Shown in pieces: positions 1 through 8,314 of a stretch of 64,000 nucleotides of DNA; the stretch's first letter is position 1, and each line of letters opens with the position of its first letter. Under the pieces are notes generated by a model. It did not search any database. It worked only from the letters and a program-made list of their open reading frames with translations, and had not been told where the DNA came from. Origin of the DNA: a virus. A program made the position numbers and the translations under genes. Location: positions 134,786-198,785 of IMG/VR virus record IMGVR_UViG_3300022843_000001. One strand, written 5' to 3'.

Positions 1-346
1 GGTTTTTATCTGCTTCAACAAGTATGACGTTATTATTAGTAGTAACAACATCAGCTGCTGTATCTATCGTATCTTGGTTTGTTTCAACTAAGTCAGAAGC
101 CGTATCGATTGTGTCTTGATTAGTAGCAACTAAATCTGCTGCAGTGTCTATAGTATCTTGATTAGTAGCAACTAAATTAGAAGAAGTTTGTTCTGCATTA
201 TCAGATATGTTATCAATTTCTGACTCTAATCTAGTAATTTCTGTAAGTTTATCAGCTACTGACTTTACAATATCATAACCAGTAGTAGCCAATTCTCTGT
301 CTATAGCAACTTTATTTGATGTTAGCGAACTAAATTTTCTAGCCAT
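1..346 (-). CDS. Tail appendage/fibre protein, N-terminal part (runs off window edge)
   Basis: Manual translation MARKFSSLTSNKVAIDRELATTGYDIVKSVADKL...; ATG overlaps the stop of the upstream ORF (TAATG); 14-aa repeats; position matches the appendage gene of N4-like late operons. Confidence 0.65.
   Translation of the reverse strand, partial: MARKFSSLTSNKVAIDRELATTGYDIVKSVADKLTEITRLESEIDNISDNAEQTSSNLVATNQDTIDTAADLVATNQDTIDTASDLVETNQDTIDTAADVVTTNNNVILVEADKN
35..178 (-). repeat. About 3.5 tandem 42-nt coding repeats (DLVATNQDTIDTAA)
   Basis: NLVATNQDTIDTAA / DLVATNQDTIDTAS / DLVETNQDTIDTAA / DVVTTN; heptad-like stalk repeat. Confidence 0.85.
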
Positions 347-963
347 TATACAAAACCTCTTTGATCAAATTTATAAGATTCCATATCGTCAGGAAGCAGT
401 AAACCTTGGTCTACTACTCTTTTACAGCTTTGGTCAAACCTTATATAGTGTGTATTATTTTCTGCTTTTATGTCAGAAGATATAGTTGAATTACCTCTAT
501 AGCCTATGTAATGCAACAAAGCTTCTAGTAGTTGTGGAGGTAATGCTAAACTATCAGTAGTGTAATTAACAAAAGGAATAGACCCTCTATATATAATACT
601 TAATTTTTCATCTTGTGCTACATTAGGAACTTCTACTGTGTTATACGTGGGAGTCATTATACCTAGAGGATCTTTTTCATCATTTACAGAAACTAGTTCT
701 CCTTGTTCGTCATAACACTCTATAACTACAAGGAAATTAGCAGGATTGTTTATACTAACATCTGTGTCGGTACCGTCTAGAGTATACGTTGTTTTACCTG
801 TTTGAAGAGTAATAATAGCTTCTTCAGCTTTAAGTGTGAACCTTTTATGAAGTTCCAACATACCAAGATTTATAAATCCAATTACTGCTTCTTCATTATC
901 TTTTACAGATAACTGCCTCAGCTCTGAACTTTTAGCTAGACTTATTACTTGGCTGACTAACAT
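346..963 (-). CDS. Head-tail adaptor-like structural protein (N4 gp67-like)
   Basis: 205 aa directly downstream of terminase; NLGMLELHKRF and LLEALLHYIGYR motifs typical of this N4-like protein. Confidence 0.6.
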   Translation of the reverse strand: MLVSQVISLAKSSELRQLSVKDNEEAVIGFINLGMLELHKRFTLKAEEAIITLQTGKTTYTLDGTDTDVSINNPANFLVVIECYDEQGELVSVNDEKDPLGIMTPTYNTVEVPNVAQDEKLSIIYRGSIPFVNYTTDSLALPPQLLEALLHYIGYRGNSTISSDIKAENNTHYIRFDQSCKRVVDQGLLLPDDMESYKFDQRGFV

Positions 964-1004
964 TTGTTAACCCTTAAATTTTCATTATACTACCATACTA
1001 TACA

Positions 1005-2627
1005 CTAAAATATAGTACTGTTATGTAGATTATCCAAATCATCCTCGTCTGGAAAGGTAGCATACGTACCTTCTTCATTTTGTACATACTGTGTATTAGT
1101 TTCTTCACTAGGTTCAAATGGGCTTAGTTCTGATAGCATAGCAAAAGTATCAGCTACATCATCATGTTTAGATTTAAACCCTTCTTTTGTAACAAACCTT
1201 AGTTCTTCTAAACACTCATTCATGTATTTAGATCCTTTCATTTCTTCAGGAAGTAATACTTTTTTAGCTATTATCTTAGGAAGAAAAAGCATAAATCTAG
1301 ATATTTTCTTTTTAGTAGGTCTTATACCTTCTTTAACGTTATCAAAACCTTTAGCTAGATTAAAGAATACACTTTTTCTTATCATCTCAGCTTTAATCCA
1401 AGCTATAAAACCACCTTGTTGACCACTTACCTCAATTCCAACTTCTAAAGGCTTGTACATAGCTACGTACTTAAACAGATCTGCTAAAGTTTTATCCATC
1501 AGTTGTTGTGCAATTTTACCGTCTACTAAAAGCCAATCTCCGTTATTGTTATAAGCCCACACAGAAATTACGCTGTAGTCAGCTGTTTTTTCTTCACTAG
1601 TAGCAAAGTCAGTTGTTATGTACCAGTTGTAGTTGCCTTTGTTTTTTAGAACATCTTTTCTGCTGTACCAAACTAAATCGTCACTGTTAACTAGTCTGTC
1701 TTCGTCACTTGTTATTCTAAGCATAAGCTCTTGGTCAAATGCAGCTAACTCGCCACTTTCTTTAAGACTGTGGTACTCGTGGTTAATAAAAGAAAAAGGA
1801 AATCTATCTTCCCACGCACCAACAAATTCTTCTTCTGTACACGGAAATTTTTCACATAGAGGATAAAGCTTTGTTAGCCATGATTTAGACTCAGCTGCTT
1901 CGTATAGAGGATCTTGCTTATTAAACGGTGTACCTGTCCAATTGATCATACGTTTTTTAGGATGTAAGCACTGTCTTGCTGCTCTATACAGAACTTTTTT
2001 AATGTCTTCTACAATAGTTGCAGATTCTGCGTTTTTGTCTGACATGAGATCGTCTAGCCCTAGCCATGTAGGACGCTTACCATATTTCTTAAATCCACGA
2101 ACACCTGTGTTAGCACCAAAACCTTTAACGAAAAACATTTTACCGTCAGCGTTTTGAAACTCCCATTCAGAATCTATAAACTTTGTGTAAGGAACATATT
2201 TCTGTAAAAATTGTGAATGGTCCCATCTGTACTGCAGGTTTTGCCTCATAGACTTAACACCGTTGTCTATTGTGTCAGCTACGTACATGGCTACGTCAAC
2301 TTCACCAAAACCGTCAACTTCACCGTAAACAGCTATGTACAAAAACATGTACTCATGTATTACTGAAGTTTTAGCACCACCACGAAAACAGACAAACAAG
2401 TTCTGCCTAGATTCAGTTATTGTGTCCAACATGTCATAGTGAAACAGAGGTGAAGTATTTTCTTCACCCATAGATCCGTTAACTAGTTTAATAAATGCTA
2501 TAAACTTTAAAGCAAATCTAGTAGGTACGTAATCTTTAGAAAATTTGGAGTAATCAATTTCTTTCAGCTTTTCTTCAAGATCTTTTTTAGCTTCTTCTAC
2601 TATTACTTCTGTCATTAAAATTTCCAA
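1005..2627 (-). CDS. terL: Terminase large subunit (N4 gp68-like)
   Basis: Walker A-like CFRGGAKTS, Walker B GLDDL, coupling motif WTGTP, RNase H-like nuclease TTDFA...ADYS and KHDDVAD. Confidence 0.95.
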   Translation of the reverse strand: MEILMTEVIVEEAKKDLEEKLKEIDYSKFSKDYVPTRFALKFIAFIKLVNGSMGEENTSPLFHYDMLDTITESRQNLFVCFRGGAKTSVIHEYMFLYIAVYGEVDGFGEVDVAMYVADTIDNGVKSMRQNLQYRWDHSQFLQKYVPYTKFIDSEWEFQNADGKMFFVKGFGANTGVRGFKKYGKRPTWLGLDDLMSDKNAESATIVEDIKKVLYRAARQCLHPKKRMINWTGTPFNKQDPLYEAAESKSWLTKLYPLCEKFPCTEEEFVGAWEDRFPFSFINHEYHSLKESGELAAFDQELMLRITSDEDRLVNSDDLVWYSRKDVLKNKGNYNWYITTDFATSEEKTADYSVISVWAYNNNGDWLLVDGKIAQQLMDKTLADLFKYVAMYKPLEVGIEVSGQQGGFIAWIKAEMIRKSVFFNLAKGFDNVKEGIRPTKKKISRFMLFLPKIIAKKVLLPEEMKGSKYMNECLEELRFVTKEGFKSKHDDVADTFAMLSELSPFEPSEETNTQYVQNEEGTYATFPDEDDLDNLHNSTIF

Positions 2628-3487
2628 GGCTTATCAGGTGTAGAAGATTTACCAGTATTTGGTATATCCCATACGTCTTCTTCAGGATCAGGTACTTCTA
2701 CAAAAGTATTACTTTTACTTGGTATAGGTTTATCCCTGATTTCTTCAGTAAACTCAGCTTCTTCAATATCATCTGTTTCTATTTCTTTACTTACTATTTT
2801 AGATTCAATAATTGTTTTAATAGGTACACCAGCTTGAATACTTTGTTGTTCTTTTATAATTAATTTTTCTGTAGCTTCTCTTAAAGACGCTATAGCAGAT
2901 TTAGCACCATCCTCAACTTGTATACTGATAACATTGTCATCAGAAGGTTTAAGCTCTTTAATTAATGTTTCACCTGCCTTTTGTCTAACGATTTCTGATT
3001 TAGCATTACGCATTAACTCAGCTTGGTTAGTTATTGATTCGTACAGCAGATGTCTAAAAATTAGTTGTACAGGGGTAGTAGCTACTTTTCGTATTTCACT
3101 AACTAAAGCAGTAGCGTTATATCTAGATGCTTCGCCTGTTATTGCACTTTTAGTTTGGCCTCTGTCAGTTCTAGCTTTAAGTCTTTCTGGAAAAACAAGA
3201 ATATAAGACTCAGTTAAACTGTTACCAGATTCAACTAAAGAAAAAAACTTAACAGCACACAAGTACCCTCTTGAAGTGTATTTGCTGTTACTGCTCAGTA
3301 TATTTAAATGGTCCCTGTAAACGTCTAAAAATTCTTCACCGTAGTCAGGATTTTGAGCTAGCTTGTTAAGCTCATACACAGTATTCTCATCAATCATGTG
3401 TTTTTGTTTAGCAGACAGCTGAGACTGTAAAACTTTTAAATCAAGTTTAGCTTGTTTGGATTGTTCTGATGTTACTGTTGTTCCCAT
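2615..3487 (-). CDS. N4 gp69-like protein, putative terminase small subunit
   Basis: 290 aa helical protein overlapping terL start; synteny with N4-like phages. Confidence 0.55.
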   Translation of the reverse strand: MGTTVTSEQSKQAKLDLKVLQSQLSAKQKHMIDENTVYELNKLAQNPDYGEEFLDVYRDHLNILSSNSKYTSRGYLCAVKFFSLVESGNSLTESYILVFPERLKARTDRGQTKSAITGEASRYNATALVSEIRKVATTPVQLIFRHLLYESITNQAELMRNAKSEIVRQKAGETLIKELKPSDDNVISIQVEDGAKSAIASLREATEKLIIKEQQSIQAGVPIKTIIESKIVSKEIETDDIEEAEFTEEIRDKPIPSKSNTFVEVPDPEEDVWDIPNTGKSSTPDKPWKF

Positions 3488-3496
3488 TTCTATAGC

Positions 3497-3952
3497 CTAA
3501 TAAGGTATGTCTTGTTCTACAAATTCTACTGCTGATTTACTTAGTATGTAGTTGTAGTCTTCTGTGCTGATAGGCTTACTACCTTTTGGTAGCAGTACTT
3601 TATAATTAATATTTTTTATGTAACTTATTACTTCTTCAACATCAATGTCTTTAAATAACTCTGTGTGTCCATCAGTTTTCTTTTCAGGAACCCATTTCCA
3701 CTCTGCTAGCAGTTCATGTAAATGCTGTTCTAATAAATAAGGTACACCTGTTTCAAAATCTAACTTTGATCTAGTGAAAGGAATATACCTGTACGCCATA
3801 AACCAAGACCTTAGTATTTCCATCATACGGTCAGTAGATCTAGGGGCGAAGCACATTCCAATTTTATAGACAACTTCCATGTCATCTAAGGTAAGTTCCA
3901 GTATGTAGACTCTACCTACTGAAACTTCTGGTACTTTCCTAGTAGCAAACAT
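3497..3952 (-). CDS. GIY-YIG/T5orf172-like nuclease-domain protein
   Basis: RVYILE...VYKIGM...DRMMEI...LEQHLHELL pattern. Confidence 0.5.
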   Translation of the reverse strand: MFATRKVPEVSVGRVYILELTLDDMEVVYKIGMCFAPRSTDRMMEILRSWFMAYRYIPFTRSKLDFETGVPYLLEQHLHELLAEWKWVPEKKTDGHTELFKDIDVEEVISYIKNINYKVLLPKGSKPISTEDYNYILSKSAVEFVEQDIPY

Positions 3953-3955
3953 TTA

Positions 3956-4408
3956 TTAATCTACAACACACCAATCTTCAGACATTATATCTATTACTGT
4001 ACTGGCATAGGGTATTTTTCTTGTGCCTTCTTCACAATCAGGAATAACAAAATAAGGATAAGAAACAGTCATTTCAGAGTTTGTAGAGTTACGAAGTACT
4101 AAGTACATACCTTTTCCATTCCAACCTGCTCTACATACTTTAGAACCACGTTTAAGTAATTCTATTGCGTGACCAAACGTTAAATTACCACTAGTTTTAT
4201 ATGAAGTTTCAAACACATCTTTAGGTGACCAACTGATGTAACCATCGTAAGCAGCTGTATTAGGAAACCCTGTTTCAAGATACTCAACTAAATAACCTTC
4301 ATCAGTACCATCTTCGTCATCAGGTAATACCCAACCTCGAAATTCGTTGTAATCTAAACGACTCATAGGTTTTGCAGACACTAATTTTGTTCCTACAAAA
4401 ATTTCCAT
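3956..4408 (-). CDS. Two-domain protein with C-terminal DUF2829/Tad2-like domain (candidate signal sponge)
   Basis: C-terminal LTFGHAIELLKRGSKVCRAGWNGKGMYL...DIMSEDWCVV; N-terminal GTKLVSAKPM...GYLVEY...YISWSPKDVFE domain. Confidence 0.7.
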   Translation of the reverse strand: MEIFVGTKLVSAKPMSRLDYNEFRGWVLPDDEDGTDEGYLVEYLETGFPNTAAYDGYISWSPKDVFETSYKTSGNLTFGHAIELLKRGSKVCRAGWNGKGMYLVLRNSTNSEMTVSYPYFVIPDCEEGTRKIPYASTVIDIMSEDWCVVD

Positions 4409-4686
4409 TAGAAAAATTCCGGCTGCGCTACTGCTCTGGTTGCGTACATTAAACCGGTCTGTAAATCTGTTTTAGCTAGTGCCAAGAATCGTTCAGGTGT
4501 TGAATTTTTAATGTGGTCTTTTTCTTTTTTAGTCATGTCTGGACTGTATTGACTAGATACGTGTTTAGAAATTTCAATAAGTACTTCTTCCATTTTAGGA
4601 CCAAGTGCTTTAATTTTGTTCATTAAGTCGATTTCGGTCTGTGAGAGTTCACGGTATCCAGTAATTTTGCGGTGCTGGTTGTCCAT
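4408..4686 (-). CDS. acb2: Anti-CBASS protein Acb2 homologue (cyclic-nucleotide sponge)
   Basis: MDNQHRKITGYRELSQTEIDLMNKIK...LALAKTDLQTGLMYATRAVAQPEFF closely follows the Acb2 sequence as recalled; start set at MDNQH, preceded by AGGA. Confidence 0.88.
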   Translation of the reverse strand: MDNQHRKITGYRELSQTEIDLMNKIKALGPKMEEVLIEISKHVSSQYSPDMTKKEKDHIKNSTPERFLALAKTDLQTGLMYATRAVAQPEFF

Positions 4687-4719
4687 CTTTAAATCCTGTA
4701 TAGGTTGTTTAAAAATTAA

Positions 4720-4748
4720 AATATACACTATGTACTTTTTGTAGTCAA
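4720..4748 (-). promoter_or_regulatory. Sigma70-like promoter for the acb2/Tad2-like cassette
   Basis: Minus strand TTGACT-N17-TATATT, 34 nt upstream of the acb2 ATG. Confidence 0.6.
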
Positions 4749-4794
4749 TAATAAACGGATCTTAGGCTGGTACGTAGAACTAGGGGGTACTGTC

Positions 4795-4884
4795 TGGCAG
4801 AAAGAGAGAGATTTGAACTCTCGGCCCCATTTCTGGGACTTTCCCTTAGCAGGGGAACGCCTTAAACCACTCAGCCATCTTTCT
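4795..4884 (-). tRNA. trnS: tRNA-Ser(GCT)
   Basis: Acceptor AGAAAGA/TCTTTCT, anticodon arm TTCCC-CT GCT AA-GGGAA, long variable arm, TTCAAAT T-loop, encoded CCA. Confidence 0.95.
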
Positions 4885-4890
4885 TTAATT

Positions 4891-4968
4891 TGGGGCTTTA
4901 CACAAGTTTTTACACTTACTGGTTAAAACACGTTAACCATCCACAGCTATCAAACTGTGGGATAAAGC
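4891..4968 (-). ncRNA. Non-canonical CCA-ended cloverleaf inside the tRNA array
   Basis: GCTTTAT/GTAAAGC acceptor + C + CCA; arms CCACAG/CTGTGG, TGGTTAA/TTAACCA (loop CGTGTT) and GTAAGT/ACTTGT; lacks D-loop GG and TTC T-loop. Confidence 0.6.
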
Positions 4969-4970
4969 AT

Positions 4971-5045
4971 TGGTAGCGATAACGGGATTCGAACCCGTGA
5001 TTTCTAGGTTATGAGCCTAACGCCTTACCACTTGGCTATATCGCA
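4971..5045 (-). tRNA. tRNA with CAT anticodon (Met or Ile2)
   Basis: TTAGG-CT CAT AA-CCTAG arm, ACGGG-TTCGAAT-CCCGT T arm, CCA end; T1:T72 mismatch. Confidence 0.9.
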
Positions 5046-5075
5046 AACTGCACAGTACTATATTATTTATACTAA

Positions 5076-5149
5076 TGGAAGACCTGTCTGGAATCGAACC
5101 AGAATAAAAAGATTCAAAGTCTTTCGCATCACCATTCTGCCACAGGTCT
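5076..5149 (-). tRNA. trnQ: tRNA-Gln(TTG)
   Basis: AGACCTG/CAGGTCT acceptor, AAAGA-CT TTG AA-TCTTT, TTCGATT T-loop, CCA. Confidence 0.93.
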
Positions 5150-5153
5150 AAAT

Positions 5154-5228
5154 TGGCTCCAAAGGTCGGACTCGAACCTACAACCTTTCCGTTAACAGCG
5201 GAATGCTCTACCATTGAGCTACTCTGGA
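5154..5228 (-). tRNA. trnN: tRNA-Asn(GTT)
   Basis: TCCAGAG/CTTTGGA acceptor, GCTC/GAGC D stem, TTCCG-CT GTT AA-CGGAA, TTCGAGT, CCA. Confidence 0.95.
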
Positions 5229-5270
5229 ATAATAAAATGTAAGTGCTAGGCGCTAACACTATTCGCACAT

Positions 5271-5306
5271 AAAAAAACCCCCAGTACTTTCGTAGTGGAG
5301 GTTTTT
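5271..5306 (-). terminator. Rho-independent terminator (possibly bidirectional)
   Basis: Minus strand CCTCCACTAC-GAAA-GTACTGGGGG followed by T7; a T5 tract follows on the plus strand. Confidence 0.7.
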
Positions 5307-5460
5307 GTCTTCTAGGTTTTTCTTTACTTTTAGGTATAGATACTACTGAAGATCACCTCCACGGTGCTGTTTGAAATTCGGTTGATGTTTATTGTTAAAG
5401 TAAGTTTTCATTTTTGTACTCTATCAAGTATTTATTGTTTAGTACAGTACTTATAGCAGT

Positions 5461-5703
5461 TTATTTTATCCACACGTAATTTGTTATTTGAGTACTATAT
5501 TTAAAATCTTTATGTAGTACTCCTTCAGTAACTTCTATTTTACCAAATTTTACTACTACTGCAGGAATCCCTTCAGCCCTTAGTTTGTCTGCTAACCAAT
5601 GAAGATAAGGTCCATTTTCTATTACGCTGTGTGCATAGTTTCTGCTTGGAGCAGGACCATTGTACTCACATTCATTTATTTCTACTTTTACACTTTTAGC
5701 CAT
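5461..5703 (-). CDS. Hypothetical protein (80 aa)
   Basis: ORF in tight minus-strand run. Confidence 0.6.
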   Translation of the reverse strand: MAKSVKVEINECEYNGPAPSRNYAHSVIENGPYLHWLADKLRAEGIPAVVVKFGKIEVTEGVLHKDFKYSTQITNYVWIK

Positions 5704-5706
5704 TAT

Positions 5707-5973
5707 TTACACAGCTTTAATTATTACTAAATTTGATTCAGCTGCTGTAGTGCCTTTTGGTACGTACAATCTGCATTTTACGTTATTATAGTCTACTGTA
5801 TAAAAATCAGTTAACACGTAAGTTTTCTTTTCTTTTTGTACATCACCATGAACTACGTACTTTTCTATTTCTTGGTGTAATTCTTTAGCATAACCTAATG
5901 GGCCACACCAATTACCATAACCACTAGGTTCGTGTACGTAAGTGTAGATATCATAACCTTCTATCATTAACAA
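5707..5973 (-). CDS. Hypothetical protein (88 aa)
   Basis: ORF coupled to neighbours. Confidence 0.6.
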   Translation of the reverse strand: MLMIEGYDIYTYVHEPSGYGNWCGPLGYAKELHQEIEKYVVHGDVQKEKKTYVLTDFYTVDYNNVKCRLYVPKGTTAAESNLVIIKAV

Positions 5974-6368
5974 TCACCCCAACGTTTAAATAAGATAGCA
6001 CCTTTGTTTTGATTACCATGTCGAAGTAAACTAGGGGATAGCATGTACACACCGTTATGCACTTTTTTAAGTAAATTTTTCTTGTACAGTTTTTGGAACA
6101 AAGTAGAAACAGTAGGTACTGTTGTATCACATTCTTTAGCAATAAAAGCAAATGTTCCTATGATACGGTTATTACTATCTTTGTTTTTAATAAGCCACGC
6201 CAAAACAGTATTAGTAGCGGTACCAGCTACACCAATGTATTCAGCTAATAACTTAGCATAAGACCTTTCCCAATAAGCTTTAGGAATCTTTTCAATAAAC
6301 ATATCAACAGGCATTATTTCACCTGTACGATCATTTACCATTGTGTACGTGTCTTCATCTATATTCAT
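5967..6368 (-). CDS. RepL-like winged-helix DNA-binding protein
   Basis: C-terminal wHTH pattern IAKECDTTVPTVSTLFQKLYKKNLLKKVHNGVYMLSP as in RepL-family proteins. Confidence 0.55.
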   Translation of the reverse strand: MNIDEDTYTMVNDRTGEIMPVDMFIEKIPKAYWERSYAKLLAEYIGVAGTATNTVLAWLIKNKDSNNRIIGTFAFIAKECDTTVPTVSTLFQKLYKKNLLKKVHNGVYMLSPSLLRHGNQNKGAILFKRWGDC

Positions 6369-6395
6369 ACTTAAATATTCTTTAGTACTTATTAA

Positions 6396-6460
6396 AATCG
6401 TATTTTAGCAGTTATATAAGTTGTTGTCTACATTATTATAGTGTTTACTAAAATACGATT
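6396..6460. repeat. Perfect 13-bp inverted repeat flanking a TATAAT box
   Basis: AATCGTATTTTAG (6396-6408) / CTAAAATACGATT (6448-6460), 39-nt spacer containing CACTATAAT on the minus strand. Confidence 0.8.
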
Positions 6461-6476
6461 CTACTAATGGGTGTAT

Positions 6477-7151
6477 TTAATCTACGTACTCTTGTATTTT
6501 GTACGGAAGTTTAAAAAATAATATCCATTCATTTCTATGAGCTACTGCATCTTTTAACTTTACAAATCTGTCAGACGCTACTAACTTTCCTTCATGTTTT
6601 AGTACAGAAGACCATTTTCCTGTTTTTTTAACTAGTGTTATGCCTACGTACCCACTAGAACTATTTTTATACACTCTTTTGTTAACTGCTTGTTCTTGTC
6701 TTGTAGCCCACGTACAGTTGCCGGGGTTATAACCACCATTGTTGTCAATACGCTCTATAGTCAGTTTTTCTTTGTACCCACTGTTTTTAGCCCACTCTAT
6801 AAATGTCTCCATTGAGTTTGCCCATTCAGAACACATATCTATTCCTCTATTACCATAGTCAATATAGCTTTTATTTTTTGGGTTAGTACATCTGTGAACC
6901 ATCGCGTACCAGACTGCTGATATTTTGCTTGTTGAAAGTCCGTGAGTAGTTCTTACTTTTGATACAGCTTCTTTAGCAAAGCAACCACAAGATGTAGATA
7001 GACCTGATTTTAAATTACTACCTCTTATAGTTTTTTCATTACCACACTGACATTCACATAACCAGTAATGAGTGTTCTTTACATCTTCTGCTCTACTAAC
7101 AACAGTTAGTCTTGAGTATACGTTTCCTACAATGTCTTTAGTGTTTACCAT
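6477..7151 (-). CDS. HNH-type homing endonuclease with C-terminal AP2-like domain
   Basis: WLCECQCG...GLSTSCGC, LTIERIDNNGGYNPGNCTWA, SSGYVGI; start moved to the ATG following GGAG. Confidence 0.8.
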   Translation of the reverse strand: MVNTKDIVGNVYSRLTVVSRAEDVKNTHYWLCECQCGNEKTIRGSNLKSGLSTSCGCFAKEAVSKVRTTHGLSTSKISAVWYAMVHRCTNPKNKSYIDYGNRGIDMCSEWANSMETFIEWAKNSGYKEKLTIERIDNNGGYNPGNCTWATRQEQAVNKRVYKNSSSGYVGITLVKKTGKWSSVLKHEGKLVASDRFVKLKDAVAHRNEWILFFKLPYKIQEYVD

Positions 7152-7484
7152 TACGAATCTCCTGTTAAAGCAGTAGCATAACATACTAAACAATGTTTAT
7201 CACTACATTTACTAAAGTCTAATGCCACATACCCCTTAACTTATACAAATATTCTTTAGTAGACACTATTAAATATTATAGTGCCGTAGGGCTAAGAGCT
7301 AGGTGTGTCAAGGGGTACCTACCTTCTGCTTATATACTCTATGGTCCTTCGTTCCGCTTTGCTACTAACAGCTAGTTTTCCTCAACTACTTTATCGTAAA
7401 CAAAGTGCCTTATCATACCCGTTAACAACCACTACATTACTAAACGTAAATTTAGAAGACATTCCAAACTCCTACACAAATAAA

Positions 7485-7590
7485 ATTATATTATATATTA
7501 AAATAATTTTTTATTAAATATTAAAATAAAATTTATAAAAAATTTAAATAGGGTCGGAACAAATACTAAATTTTTAATATAACTTCTAAA
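7485..7590. other. Extremely AT-rich tract at the divergence of the two transcription arms
   Basis: Almost exclusively A/T apart from GGGTCGGAAC; lies between the minus-strand arm (start about 7151) and plus-strand arm (start 7678). Confidence 0.7.
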
Positions 7591-7595
7591 GCAGT

Positions 7596-7644
7596 ATATA
7601 GCATTCCGCTATATGTACCGCTGGGTACCCCCCGCATTCCGTGG
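7596..7644 (+). promoter_or_regulatory. Two hairpins with identical ATTCC loops (candidate vRNAP promoters)
   Basis: ATATAGC-ATTCC-GCTATAT (7596-7614) and CCGC-ATTCC-GTGG (7632-7644) upstream of the first early ORF. Confidence 0.45.
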
Positions 7645-7677
7645 ATGGGACCCATTCAAACCAAAAGGTAAATAACC

Positions 7678-8061
7678 ATGAACGTAATCAAAACTGTAGT
7701 AAAAGACATCTACACAATCACAGGCACACTGCTAGGAGCAACAGGTGAGATAGTAACCACACTATCAGGTGAGGCAGCTAACGCTACTAAGTTAGTGACA
7801 TCAGCTATCACTGCAACACCGGGTGTCATACGTGAGGTAATCAACGCACCTATCACTGCGACAGCTGCTTACCAAGCAGAGGACAAGGGCATCTCATACG
7901 ACGAAGCAGAGGCAGCACTAATAGCTATGCTACCAAGCACTGCTAGCCAAGCAGTGAAGGACTCTATGATAGCAGCAGGTAGGCTATCAGCGTCTCTCAT
8001 GAAGGAAGAGGAAGCTGCGGAAGCTAAGGTAGCTACTTCAGTCACTACAACTGTAGGTTAG
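7678..8061 (+). CDS. Hypothetical early protein (127 aa, Ala/Thr-rich helical)
   Basis: AAGGT RBS; first plus-strand ORF. Confidence 0.75.
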   Translation: MNVIKTVVKDIYTITGTLLGATGEIVTTLSGEAANATKLVTSAITATPGVIREVINAPITATAAYQAEDKGISYDEAEAALIAMLPSTASQAVKDSMIAAGRLSASLMKEEEAAEAKVATSVTTTVG

Positions 8062-8207
8062 TACACACTCACACTAACTACACTCACCAGCTCTAGGCAA
8101 GCTATATAATACTGCCTACTTACCACCATGCATACTGTGTACATGCAGTATGTATGCTAGTAAGTGTTACGTACTACTCAGTACGGCTTACAAACAGGAG
8201 AAATGTG

Positions 8208-8294
8208 ATGAAAGAATCCACCAAGCAAACTATCGTTGAAACTGTGCTGTATGTAGCATTAATGGTAGCAATACCATGTATGTTTATTCTTTAG
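8208..8294 (+). CDS. Small hydrophobic protein (28 aa)
   Basis: MKESTKQTIVETVLYVALMVAIPCMFIL after AGGAG; below ORF-track cutoff. Confidence 0.45.
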   Translation: MKESTKQTIVETVLYVALMVAIPCMFIL

Positions 8295-8314
8295 GACACT
8301 TTAGGAGTATTATT

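Noticed and set aside
4765-4794. Mini GTAC/GTAC hairpin ending ...CCA before tRNA-Ser 3' end
   Set aside because: Only 4 bp and no arms; likely chance
5017-5268. 83-aa minus-strand ORF in the track
   Set aside because: Overlaps three well-formed tRNA genes on the same strand; artefact
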